Shown here: positions 38,001-49,443 of the stretch, piece after piece | Layout: every line of letters starts with the position of its first letter | Numbering within the stretch: position 1 is the first letter of the stretch | Assembly: GCA_051942205.1 (NCBI GenBank) | Contig: JAVECO010000014.1 | Location: 124,001-188,000 of the forward strand | Source of the DNA: Coniocarpon cinnabarinum | Taxonomy: Eukaryota | Length of the DNA: 64,000 nucleotides | Direction of reading: 5' to 3' | Program-made: the position numbers and the translations under genes | The notes under the pieces: model-generated | The model's database searches: none | What the model was told of the DNA's origin: nothing | Seen by the model: the letters and a program-made list of their open reading frames with translations, nothing else

Positions 38001-39987
38001 GATACGATCTGCTAGATCAGCACAACCCTCTCCAAATGACAGCGAAGCCACCTCGATTGATGAGCGGGTGCGTTCGCGGAAGGCTCATCGTGGAAGCGCT
38101 ATTGATCTGATTCAACGACGAAATATAGCTGGCAAGGCTTCACCAGAGCTAGCAACTTCGCCAGCTAATGCTCATGGTCATGTCAATGCTCATGTCAATG
38201 CTCATGTCAATGGTCAAGATGAGCGGCCAGAAAAGCGTAGACCAACGAACAAAGGCAAATCAGAAGGCATGCCGCATTCAAGGTTGCTTGCTTTAAGCGG
38301 ATACGCTGGCCGGGATCCGAATGTCTTAAGGCTGCTTGAGTCTCTCGCTATCGCCAATTATCCCCCGAACTTATTAAATCTCGGGCCTGAGGTTACTCCA
38401 ATAGACAGGAGAAAGCCTATCCAGCGTGGGGTACTCCCACAGGCGCAGGGCGCTGCAAACTTTCATGGCCACACTATCGCTATGTTCAGTGAGCATACGG
38501 CGTCAATAAATCGAGTTCTTGTGTCGTCCGACCATGTCTTTTTCTTGACGGCGTCCGACGATGGCACTGTCAAAACTTGGGATACTTGCCGACTGGAGCG
38601 CAATGTGGCCCATCGCAGCCGGCAGACATACAAGCACGCGCCTGGCGTTCGCGTTTCAGCAATCACAATCCTGCAACATAGCCACGTCTTTGCTAGTGCT
38701 GGAAGTGATGGAAGTCTGCACCTGGTCCGCGTAGACGTCAATGAGATCAGTCCAACCATATACAAATACAACAAAGTCAGGCTACTGCGCAGTTGGAGAA
38801 TACCGGGCGATGGTTCGTATGCTATTTGGCTCGAGCATGTGAAAACAAGGAGCTCAAACACCTTATTTGTGGCCACAAACAGAGGCAAAATACATGCTCT
38901 TAACATTGACACAATGTCAATGAATTTCACGTTGGAAGTTCCATCTCATCATGGAATGCCAACGTGCTTTTGCGTTGCACGAGACGAGCCAAAATGGCTA
39001 CTGCTTGGAACTTCGAAAGGCGTTCTGGATCTCTGGGATTTGCGCTTTCATGTAAGGTTGCATTTCCTACAATTTCCTGCAGAGCAGCCAATCACCCGCA
39101 TCAGTCCGCACCCTAACGAGGATGAGATAGAAAAAGTCCTCATTTCGGGTGGTTTGGACAGCCCCGAGGTCACGGAGTGGAGCATACAGAATTTCAAATG
39201 TACGGCAACATGGAGAACGGCAGGCGCGCTGTCAGCCTCCTTGTCCAACGCACACAAGCCCGGGATACAAAACACCAGGGTTGCGCCGGACACGCGACCA
39301 TACATCCTGAACGACATGGATCAACAGGGCAAGGCAAAATCTGTACTAAAGCAGGGAGAGAAAGAGGAGATGACTCCTGCTGAGGTGGAAACTTCTGGCG
39401 CTTTCTCGATGCATTGTTGCGTGAGATCCTTTGTCTCTGCATTCATGCAAGATCTGTCGAACAATACTTCGGGCTCTCGTGGCAGCTTAGACGCTACTGA
39501 AACCCTGTACTTGTTTACCGCAGGGCCAGATTCGTCTTTAAGATTATGGAATCTAGGAGCTGGCAAGACGCACCGAAGTCTTGTGATATCGGCACCCTCT
39601 TCTCACGACGGTGAAGAAGTGACGACGAGATTCGAAGAAGCAGGCTCTTGGAGTGGAATCAAGTTCCATAATGAAACGAACACTAGCCAAACGAATGAAC
39701 GAGGTGATCGCGTCAGTGAAATAAGACGGCAAGCCAATAAAACTGTTAAAGGTACCAGCAATGCAAGCCGGAAGAGCTTAGGCGAAGGAGAAAAGAACAG
39801 CGAATCTGCGAAAGACGCTGTCACAAACCCCGAGAGCGGAAAAAAATCATCGTCTGCACAGCTTCTGAGCCAGCAGGGGCTCTTGCGCGAGCATTTAGAC
39901 GTTGTCACGGACGTGGCAGTGATCCGCAGACCGTACAGGATGTTTGTAAGTGTGGACCGCAGCGGCTCTATATTTGTTTTCGCATGA
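35048..39987 (+). CDS. VPS15: Vps15 / PI3K regulatory subunit (kinase-like, HEAT, WD40); introns 35262-35321 and 35443-35486
   Basis: N-myristoylation start MGQGYS; SLGEARFMKT; HGDIKTENVLVTSWNW; RRTCYLAPERF; C-terminal WD40 repeats. Confidence 0.97.
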
Positions 39988-40394
39988 TCAAACGGCATAC
40001 ATAGACTTTGACAATCTCTTGCCAAGGACTGGAGATTTTGTCAACGAGGTCCAGTCGATCCTGTTGCAATTTATACTCCAGATCTTGCAAACTGTATGTA
40101 GGTCCGAAGTTTTTGAAGTGCACGTGACATCGAAATTAGAAGCTTCTGGTTTTACCCACCCTGCCCTGGTCAGTATTTCAATCAGATGATGCAATGTACC
40201 TCGACCATGTTACCCTCACGGCATATCTCGAGAGTGGATTCACAATTTCATGCCACCCTGCTCTCGGCGAAAGAAAAGCTGACATTGACACAACAGGCAG
40301 CATGTAATATTACGGCTCTCCACGTCCTCGTGTTGCTAGCCTAGTTCAGAGCATCTAAAGCTTCGTCTGGTATTTCCGAGCTGTTTGCTCCAAG

Positions 40395-42891
40395 ATGTCT
40401 TTCTTCGGATTTGATCCTACGAAACCCCCGTCGCAAACACATAACAAGAGCGCGCCTGGCTTTGGCCCGACTCCGGATCCGTTCGCTGGTCTTTCAAGAC
40501 GTGACAACGACGACGCGCAGGAGACATTGAATTTCGATGACGACGATGGTCTTGGGAACGATTTAGAGGAGGTTGGAGATGACTACAACGATGCGACTTT
40601 TGGATCCGCCAACGTTGGCACCGACTTTGACTTCTCTGGCCAGGGCGCTGCTCAGCAACGTTCTCAGAATTATGCACAAGCACCGGCAGGGCCTCCGCAG
40701 CCTTTCCACTTCCCCAGTCTGGGCCAGCCTCAAGCACCCCAGCGCCCTGCGCAGACAGGATATGAGAAATACAAGCGCCCAACAGAGATGCGAGATCTTC
40801 AGCCAGACGCAAACATCTGGGGACTGGGACACCCGGCTTCACAAGCGAAACCACAAGCGCAGCAAGAGTTGCCTTCAATCGCCAAGGTTACGAAGTCCAT
40901 GATGACACTTGATGAAGTTGAGGCGGCTATGAGGGATCAGTCAAAGAAGCAATCTCCCGCTCCTGATGCAAGAGCTCTGGTTTCGACGCCTGCTCAACTG
41001 CCGACACATTCTTTGCCCACAGACGAGCGGATGTCTCAGGGAGTGCCCAGTCAAGCGTCATCTATTGATCAAAGACAAATGAATTTGGCCAGTGCTCCAT
41101 TTCGAGAGCAACAGGCCCCCCGCCCCGTTCGAGGCCAGACAAGAACGCCTACTTCTGCACAACAGCCTCTGGAACCGTCCCATCCAGCTCAGTTTCCATC
41201 AACGGAAGCAAGAGGACACTCGCCCCAACTGTTTCAGAACGCAGATCAACCTAATCAGCAAATGCACCGCCGCGGTCAATCAGGTGTAACGCTCGCACAG
41301 CTTCACCATCGTGGCCCATCATTAAATGGCCAGCCAGTTACTGACGCTGGGCAGATAACTCAATTATCAGAGGAGGAGCGTGCTGCTTTTCTTCGCGAGG
41401 AAGCTAACAGAGCTAAACGGAATCATAAGATACACATGCTTTCCAAAGACAATGGTCTTATGACTCCTCAGGACAAGAACTTTATTACCCGCATTCAGCT
41501 ATCTCAGCTCGTTCAAGCTATTGGAGGCGCTGAAGAAGACAGTCCCGAAGCTTCGCATGCTGAGGACTTCTACTATCAAGTGTATTCCCAAATCTATGCC
41601 GCGGCAATTGAGAGTGGAATTGCGCCAGACTCGTTCACGCAGACATATCTTAATCAACTAAGTTGGAAGGGCGGAAGTCGAAGGTATCCGCGAGGAGGCG
41701 AGAATCATATGAGACGAATGCAGCAGCAAGTGCAGCGAGCAGTTGAGGCTGCCAAGTCCAGACCCAAAAACAAGCAACTGGTAGTCGAGGGCAGCTTGGG
41801 CAAAATCTCGTTCAGCAACGCGAAGACACCCAAGCCGCTCCTGAACATTAAGCGGCAGGACAGCCACGACCCAACATCAGCTCATCAACCTAACTCGAGG
41901 CTTCAAGACTCTGTAGGTGGCCGCAAAGCTATCTTGCGAGACATTGAGAATGTGTACAACTCCCTGATGGAGATAGAAGACTGTGAGCGAAAACAGCCAC
42001 CTCAACCTCAAGAAGAAAGCAGCGGCGATGAAATACAGGCATTCATGGATTGGCGGCATCGCTTCACCAGGCTCAATCAGAAGCTTTGGAATGATTGGAG
42101 AGTTCATGCACCAATCGACAATGAGTAAGTCAGCGTATATTCGTGTTTCAGTCGATTGGAGTGCTAACCTGTGTAGCTCTTCTACACCGCATCCGTTCAT
42201 GGCTATGATGTCCCATCCCAAGGGCAAGAAGCTTGTACCACGCGTATTCAGGCAAATTGATGATCAGCAGCGACTCACGGTGCTCACCATTACCGTCGTA
42301 CAGCTTGATCAACTCGATGTAATTCGAGACGTCCAACCGGTTGCCGGACGGGAGCAGCTACCTCTTAATGTCCGCCATGAAGCAGACCTCTTCACTCAAG
42401 CCGTCGAACCTAGCTTGTTCGCTTACATCTCAGATGCCTCATTATCTGTCGTCACCGGTCTTGTGGGCCTGGTGTGCCAGCGAGTGAATATCCAAATGGT
42501 CATCCAAGCTCGAGCCGGTGTTAACCTTCTCACTCGTTTTCTCAGTCGCGCCATTCAGCTCGTGCAAGGCACCAATGCCAATGCGCAAGACTCCGAACAG
42601 TGGACCACGACATTCAACAGCTTCTTCGACAAGATTGAGCCATTCTTACCAAATTTGTTCCTCTCCGTGATAACACCTGGTGAGGACTTCTTCGTCTGGC
42701 AATTTCTCGCCGCATGCGGGATCCTTTCCAGCCCTGATCAGCAACCACGACTAGTCATTGCCGTCAAGGATCATGTCATGCAGACCGTGGAAACTGCGAA
42801 GAAGCTACCCGAGCCCCAAGGACAGCCAGATCTAGACAAAGTCAACTTGTTCATGCATGCAATAGGACTCGATGTCGATTTGCTGGGTTGA
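40395..42891 (+). CDS. PAT1: mRNA decapping activator Pat1; intron 42125-42176
   Basis: MSFFGFD start; NDATFG; GLMTPQDKNFITRIQLSQL; EDFYYQVY; EGSLGKIS; HPFMAMMSHPKGKKL. Confidence 0.95.
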
Positions 42892-43499
42892 GGCGTTCTG
42901 AGAGCGTCTTCCTCTAGATTTAATGTGCCTTGTAATTTGGCTGCATTGCAAGGTTTCTACACGGTCCCAAGAGAATGGCACATCCCCGTCAGATTGTCGA
43001 CACTGGATGGACTGGACGATCGCCACAATATCACCATTAGAATACTAGACAGTGCCGTGCTGAAAGACAACGGATGATGCTGGATTTGTCACGCGGCAAC
43101 GATGGGCAAAGGGTAGCATCTTGGAAACCTATCTGTAGAAACCATACATCGTAGATAGCGAATACCGATATTGAGCATATACAGAGCCGCTGATAACACG
43201 GCCATATCTATCAGTCGACCAATGCTGCGCTTAGGCAATGCCGCGAGATCGCAGCATCACCTTCCTGCTTCTGCCTGACCACGAGTTATTTGACGCGTGG
43301 ATCTATAAACTTGTCGGCTTGAAACAGTTCATGCGTGTAGAAGTGCGAAACACACGCCGACAATACGCGTATTGCTTGCAAGCGCATGCAAGAGTCGCGT
43401 GTCTTGTCACGCCGAGATTACTTATCACTGCCCGGCAGCAAAATCAACGCCACGCTGCTGATACAAACACATGTCCAGACAGGCATACAAGCCGGCAAA

Positions 43500-44513
43500 A
43501 TGTCAAGTGACACCACAGACGCATCAAGGAAGGAGCGAAACGATGCCGTGCATCAGCACGACACCTCTCCTCAAAAGCAGAAACCCGCCTCGTTGAAACG
43601 ACGCCGTTCTCCAACCAAGTCAGACTGGTCCTTTCTCATGAACCGTTCTCAACCAAAACGCCAACGTCCCACCTCCAAATCTTCTAAAATGACGAACGAT
43701 CACCGCGTCCAAAAGTCATCCCAGTCGCAGAAATCTTCGCGTTCCCCGGAACCACGAGAACCTACTCCGCCTCCCTCAGCTACACATCCGATGACTGTTC
43801 ATCACGTGCAGGGCGATCTCTTTGATTGCGCTCCTGGGTCCGTACTGATACACGCGTGTAACTGCTTGGGATCTTGGGGAGCTGGCGTTGCCGCGACGTT
43901 TAAGAAGAAGTATCCGGCTGCTTTTCGAACGTATAAGGAGCATTGTCGGGCTCATGCGAAGAGACCGGCGTCTTTGGTGGGAACGGCTTTGTTGATTCCT
44001 CCTGTGGAGGATGGCGAGGGGAGGAATGGAAGCGATTGGGTGAGTTGTACTGATTTTCTGCTTTCATGAATGAGAGTGCGAGGAGCGCGAGAAAAGGGGC
44101 TGCAGGCTGGGGATTGGGAACCAATCTGCCTAGCCGACACAGTTGGGCGTACAAAAGGCATCGACTAATAGACTTAGGTCGGTTGTCTTTTCACACGCGA
44201 AAATTATGGCAAGCCGAAAGGCAAGACACAGAAGCAGGATATTGAGGATATTCTGACGGCTACGGAGGAGTCGTGGAGTGACTTGTTGAGGCAGGTGGCA
44301 GAAATTGACAGCTCAAAGGCGAAGAACACTCCACAGTCCAACGACACGAATGATGAAGAAGTTGATGCTGTAGGTATTGGGGCGTTATTTATGCCGAAGA
44401 TCAATGGTGGTCTCTTCAAGGTACCATGGGAGCGGACCGAAGAGGTATTGAGAAAGGGTGGGAAAGGCCAGGAGGGCTGGAGAAGAGAGTGTTGGGTGTA
44501 TTGTCCGGACTAG
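43500..44513 (+). CDS. POA1: ADP-ribose-1''-phosphate phosphatase (Poa1-like macrodomain); intron 44040-44177; start uncertain
   Basis: GDLF..LIHACNCLGSWGAGVA; after splicing W|VGCLFT..YG; MPKINGGLFKVPWERT. Confidence 0.88.
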
Positions 44514-44692
44514 TTCTGACTTTGCTGTCTGTATCACTAGCATTCAAGCCATGTAAGAGAAGCGGCTAATAAATGTGGCTTTGTCGTGTGTCATACGAGA
44601 AATAGATGCATGCTAAAATCGCCGTCTTGTTGGAAAAGTGCTGCTTGACGCCGTGTGGGCTCTCTCCCTGATGCTGGTATTTTGTTTGATCA

Positions 44693-45464
44693 TCAATCTT
44701 CCTCCATCGGCACTGCTTCCTCCAACCTCACCCCCCCACTTCTCAACCCCAAATCTCCATTTCTTGCCGCACTCCCCTCGCCCTCGCCCTCGCTTTCCGT
44801 TTCATCCCCCTCATCCATCTCATCTGCTCCACCCTGACCGTGCACTTCCTCTCCCTCACTCGCCGCCCCATCCAAACTCACCGGCCGAATCGGCTGACCT
44901 TTGCCCATAAAACCTCTTACATCACCATCCCGTGGCCCCTCCTTCCCCTGCACATTCGTGGCTCCATTCACCTGCGCCTTCGCCTTCGCCTTTGCACTTT
45001 GCCGTTCCTTTCGCTCCAATCGCTCCTGTTTGTCTTTCCACGACTTGTACGTAATCGTCCGGGGTACCACGTCTAGCAGGAACTCGAGGTTATCGTGTTT
45101 GTGCACGGCGGCTGCAATGTCGCGATATTGGACGTTGCGGCGAGGGGGCCGGCGCTCGGCTTGGACTATGTTGTGGGCTTGCTTGGCGAGGTGGCGGATG
45201 AAGTACTCGGTGGCGACTGTGATGGCGAAGGAGGCGTTGTTGGCGCAGTTGGTGATGTCGGGGTCGGCGCGTATGATTTTCTTGGTGCGGGCGTCTAGGT
45301 GGATTTGTTATGTGTGGGCTCAAGCTTGATATAGGCGACGGACGGGTTGTAGGGTGCGGTGGCGCAGAGCGGCACTGGGGCACGAAGGGGTTGAACTTAC
45401 GAGGCAGGTTGACTTGGCCAGTGTATTCATTGGGTGGGGCTATGGGTGTATTGTTATATGGCAT
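44693..45464 (-). CDS. DPB3: Histone-fold protein, Dpb3/Dls1/CHRAC15 type; intron 45400-45295
   Basis: Spliced LPHARTKKIIRADPDI..ASFAITVATEYFI..VQYRDIAAAV..DNLEFLLDVVP. Distinguishing Dpb3 from Dls1 is uncertain. Confidence 0.85.
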
Positions 45465-45637
45465 CGTGTGATTGAACTGGCTAGCAACTAGTCTATCCCC
45501 AATACAGCGACGTTGGCGGATGTACGCTGCAGAGATTTTCGTGGGTGGATGCAGGGTTTGAGGTGAGGTAGAAATGTATTGAGTCCCGTGATGGGTCCAA
45601 TTGTGCCGACAATGAGTGCACGTCATTGGCACGGAAG

Positions 45638-45661
45638 ACGCGTCGAGGGGAAGGAACGCGT
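45638..45661. promoter_or_regulatory. Two MCB-like elements (ACGCGT) upstream of the histone-fold gene
   Basis: ACGCGT at 45638-45643 and 45656-45661, ~175-200 nt upstream of ATG 45464. Confidence 0.45.
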
Positions 45662-45836
45662 CGCGTCTACGGCACATCTGTAAATCAACGGATTTAAGCC
45701 TCTGTATCTCCTTGACTCAGCAGGGTCAGCCACGCCCGTTCATTGAGAGCCTTCCATCCGTGCAACGAGCATAGAATCAGTCATGATACAGCTCATCGCC
45801 AGACCTTGCTACGGTCACAAGCAAAAATGAGACGCA

Positions 45837-48600
45837 ATGTTGCGTCGTGCCAGCCCCCACAGCAGTACTGGCAACCTCCTCATCCGCCGCCCATCGTTTG
45901 CTCCATCTTTCTCTAACCGTGGACGTCGAGGCTCACAACCTGCCATCGTCGAAGATGGACAGAATGACCCTCAAGCCGGTGTAGACGAGGTCATACACGA
46001 TGAGATCGACGAGATCAAGCGATATGAGGATTTCACGACTATTGACTGGGTGCAAGATGCAGCTCGAGAGCAAATGCGAAAGCGAGCTCGCAGACAAGAG
46101 CAGGCCAGTTTCTTCGAAAGAGAAGGTCGCATAGGTTGGAGAAGGAAGCTCTGGGAAGCTTACGACGCCGCACATGCCTGGGTGGTGGTCACAATCATTG
46201 GCGCTGCCATCGGCGTCAATGCGGCGTTCCTCAACATTGCGACAGAATGGCTGAGCGATGTGAAACTGGGATATTGCAAGACGGCCTTCTACCTCAACGA
46301 GCACTTCTGCTGTTGGGGCTCTGAAGGCGGGTGTGCTGACTGGCATCGATGGAGTCCCATTCCGCCAGTCAACTACATCCTCTACATAATCTTCTCCGGT
46401 GTCTTTGCATTCATCTCGGCACGCCTTGTAAAAGCATTCGCCCCGTACGCCGCGGGTTCGGGAATCTCTGAGATTAAATGCATTATTGCTGGCTTTGTTA
46501 TGAAAGACTTCCTCGGCTTTTGGACTCTGATGATCAAATCAATTGGATTGCCGCTCGCTATCGGGTCTGGACTTTCTGTCGGGAAAGAAGGCCCTAGCGT
46601 CCACTTCGCCGTTTGTACCGGGAATGTCGTTTCGCGACTTTTCGACAAGTACAAACGCAACGCTGCAAAGACGCGCGAGATTCTCAGTGCTTGTGCTGCA
46701 GCTGGCGTAGCGGTTGCGTTTGGCAGTCCCATTGGTGGCGTCTTGTTCTCTCTCGAGGAAATGTCTAATTACTTTCCACTCAAAACCCTTTGGCGCAGCT
46801 ATTTCTGTGCTCTTGTTGCAACGGCGGTCCTAGCTGCTATGAATCCCTTTCGCACTGGCCAATTGGTGATGTTCCAAGTCAGCTATGACCGCTCGTGGCA
46901 CTTTTTCGAAATCTTTTTCTACATTATCCTGGGGATCTTTGGAGGATTGTACGGCGCATTCATGATGAAATGGAATCTTCGAGCGCAGGCGTTCCGGAAA
47001 AAGTATTTGTCACGATATGCAATTCTGGAGGCTACTGTGCTGGCGTTGGGAACAGCAGCGATCTGCTACCCTAACATGTTTTTGCGAATAGACATGACAG
47101 AAAGTATGGAAATCTTGTTTCGGGAATGTGAAGGACATCAAGATTATGACGGTCTTTGCAAGTAAGTCTGAGATATCTGCAGAGCTATTGTATCTTGCTT
47201 ACACATAATCTAGTCGTGACAGTCGCTGGTCGTTAGCTGCTTCCCTTGCTATTGCGACAGTTCTCCGAATTTTCCTTGTACTAATATCGTATGGCTGCAA
47301 AGTACCTGCTGGCATATTCGTTCCGTCGATGGCTATCGGCGCCTCTTTCGGCAGAATGGTTGGCATCGTCGTCGAAGCGATACACGAGTCACATCCTAAT
47401 TCCGCGTTCTTCGCTAGCTGCGATCCTGACGTACCCTGCATCACGCCAGGCACTTACGCTTTCCTGGGCGCCGGTGCTGCACTTAGTGGCATCATGCACA
47501 TTACTGTATCCGTTGTCGTCATCATGTTCGAGCTCACTGGCGCGTTGACGTACATATTGCCAACCATGGTAAGACGAATGTTCATCCTGCTGCTGGCGAG
47601 TACGTTCTTGCTAAATACTCTTCAGATTGTCGTGGGAGTGACCAAAGCAGTCGGGGAACGTTTTGGCAAATGCGGCATAGCCGATCGCATGATATGGTTC
47701 AACGGCTTCCCCTTTCTCGACAACAAAGAAGAACACTCCTTCGGCGTCTCAGTGTCTAAGGTCATGGTCAATCGTGAGCGCTTGACCGCCCTCCCGGTAT
47801 CTGGCATGACCCTTCGACAAGTCGAGCGCACCCTCGCCACAAGCGATTTTCAAGGCTTCCCCATCGTCCAAAATCTTGTCAGCAACAACCTCGTTGGATA
47901 CATTGGCAAGACCGAGCTTCGTTATGCTGTTGAGCGCGCAAAAAGAGACACGTTTGTCCCTCCTGACGCTAGTTGCCTCTTCTCGGCACAAGCCGCTTCT
48001 GCGTTGGACCCAGACAGTCTGCAAACTCCTGTCACCCCTGTCACCTCCGGTCTCTCTGCAACAACACCCGCCCCCGTTTTTCAATCAAATCCTTTCGAAT
48101 CTTCCAATAACGATGGTGACGCGTCTTTTCAACCAGCATTAGATCTTTCACGCTTCCCTGACTTCACACCTTTATCTGTACATCCTGGTCTTCCTCTTGA
48201 GACGGTGATGGAGCTCTTCAAGAAACTCGGCCCCCGTGTTATCCTCGTCGAGTATCATGGTGCCCTTGCCGGACTCGTGACTGTCAAGGACTGCCTTAAG
48301 TATCAATTCACTGCTGAGGCTGCTGAGCATACGCGTGAAAATGCTCGATTGGCGGCGAAAGAGGAGAAGCTCTGGGGATGGATACGAAAAGCGGCACGCT
48401 GGACTCAAGGAAAAGTTAGAGGGTGGACAAAAGGTAGAATTATTCTTGGCGAACCTGGCGAGGCACAACAAAGGGTCGAGAGGAGGCCGTTTGTTCACCA
48501 AGACGGTGACAGTAATACTGTGAGAACAGAATTTGTGATTGACGACGAGCAGATGGAGCTGGAAGACAGGTTTCCTGGTGGCGGAACTGGAAGTAGCTGA
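45837..48600 (+). CDS. GEF1: CLC-family chloride channel/antiporter with CBS domains; introns 47163-47213 and 47569-47625
   Basis: YEDFTTIDW; GSGISE; GKEGP; after splicing PAGIFVPS; FELTG; C-terminal CBS pair. Confidence 0.95.
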
Positions 48601-49092
48601 CGTCCCATCTAGTTTGAAAGCACAAATTACAGCCCACTATCGGTTCTCGTAAATTAACACAAGGATAAGATTTTCCGTTCCAGTTTCAAGTACTCGTGGG
48701 CATGTTGCTCAGCACCAATCCGTGGTGTTGACATGTGACTCTTGGATGACGGTGAGGTGGGATCAACATTGCTCCCCAAGCCATTCGGTCATTCTCTCAG
48801 CATATCCCGTTTCTCTGACCTCGCGAACACGAATGACCACATGCCCGCATGGCTCCCTCATGCCTACATCAGCTCGGCTAACTTCCCAAAGCACGGATCC
48901 CCTAATGCGCCAGCCCTACGTTCGTGATATCAGTTGAAACACCTCAAAGTGATTGGTCGCTCTCCGTCCTTCACCTTCCATGTCCACCGTCTCACATGAT
49001 ATCAAGACGCCGACATCACCGATCCAATCTCCCCGACCAATCCTAGCCGCTTATTGCCTTCACCTTGTCATCATCACCTCTGCATCCCAACC

Positions 49093-49443
49093 CTAGACAG
49101 CGGATCGTCTCCGCCTCCTCTCGAATGTTCCAACTGCGCTCGCTTCCTGAATGACGCATTGACTCAAGACCGAAAAATATAAGTATCTGCTCGCCGCCCA
49201 CCTTTCGCGAAACTTTTTCTTCTTCCTTTCCTCACACTTTTCACATGCTCCTCCCTCCACCCTGCAGTTCCTGCCTTCCTCGACATCAACAACATCACAT
49301 CTTTCACAGTGAGTCTGCCCCATTCCCTCCTTCACCAGCTTCCAGCTGTCTCCATCGTCACATTCGTCACTGTTTGTGTACACGATGTCGGGAACCGGAT
49401 CCTCTGGCTCCAATGTCACAGTCCTCAGTGTCTGTGTACACAT
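49093..49443 (-). CDS. Possible small Cys-rich protein antisense to the first array unit
   Basis: 116 aa ORF starting MCTQ with HCERC and ACEKC motifs; may be partly spurious. Confidence 0.3.
   Translation of the reverse strand: MCTQTLRTVTLEPEDPVPDIVYTNSDECDDGDSWKLVKEGMGQTHCERCDVVDVEEGRNCRVEGGACEKCEERKKKKFRERWAASRYLYFSVLSQCVIQEASAVGTFERRRRRSAV

Noticed and set aside
38167..38212. 12-nt tandem repeat encoding HVNA in VPS15
   Set aside because: In-frame slippage in a disordered linker.
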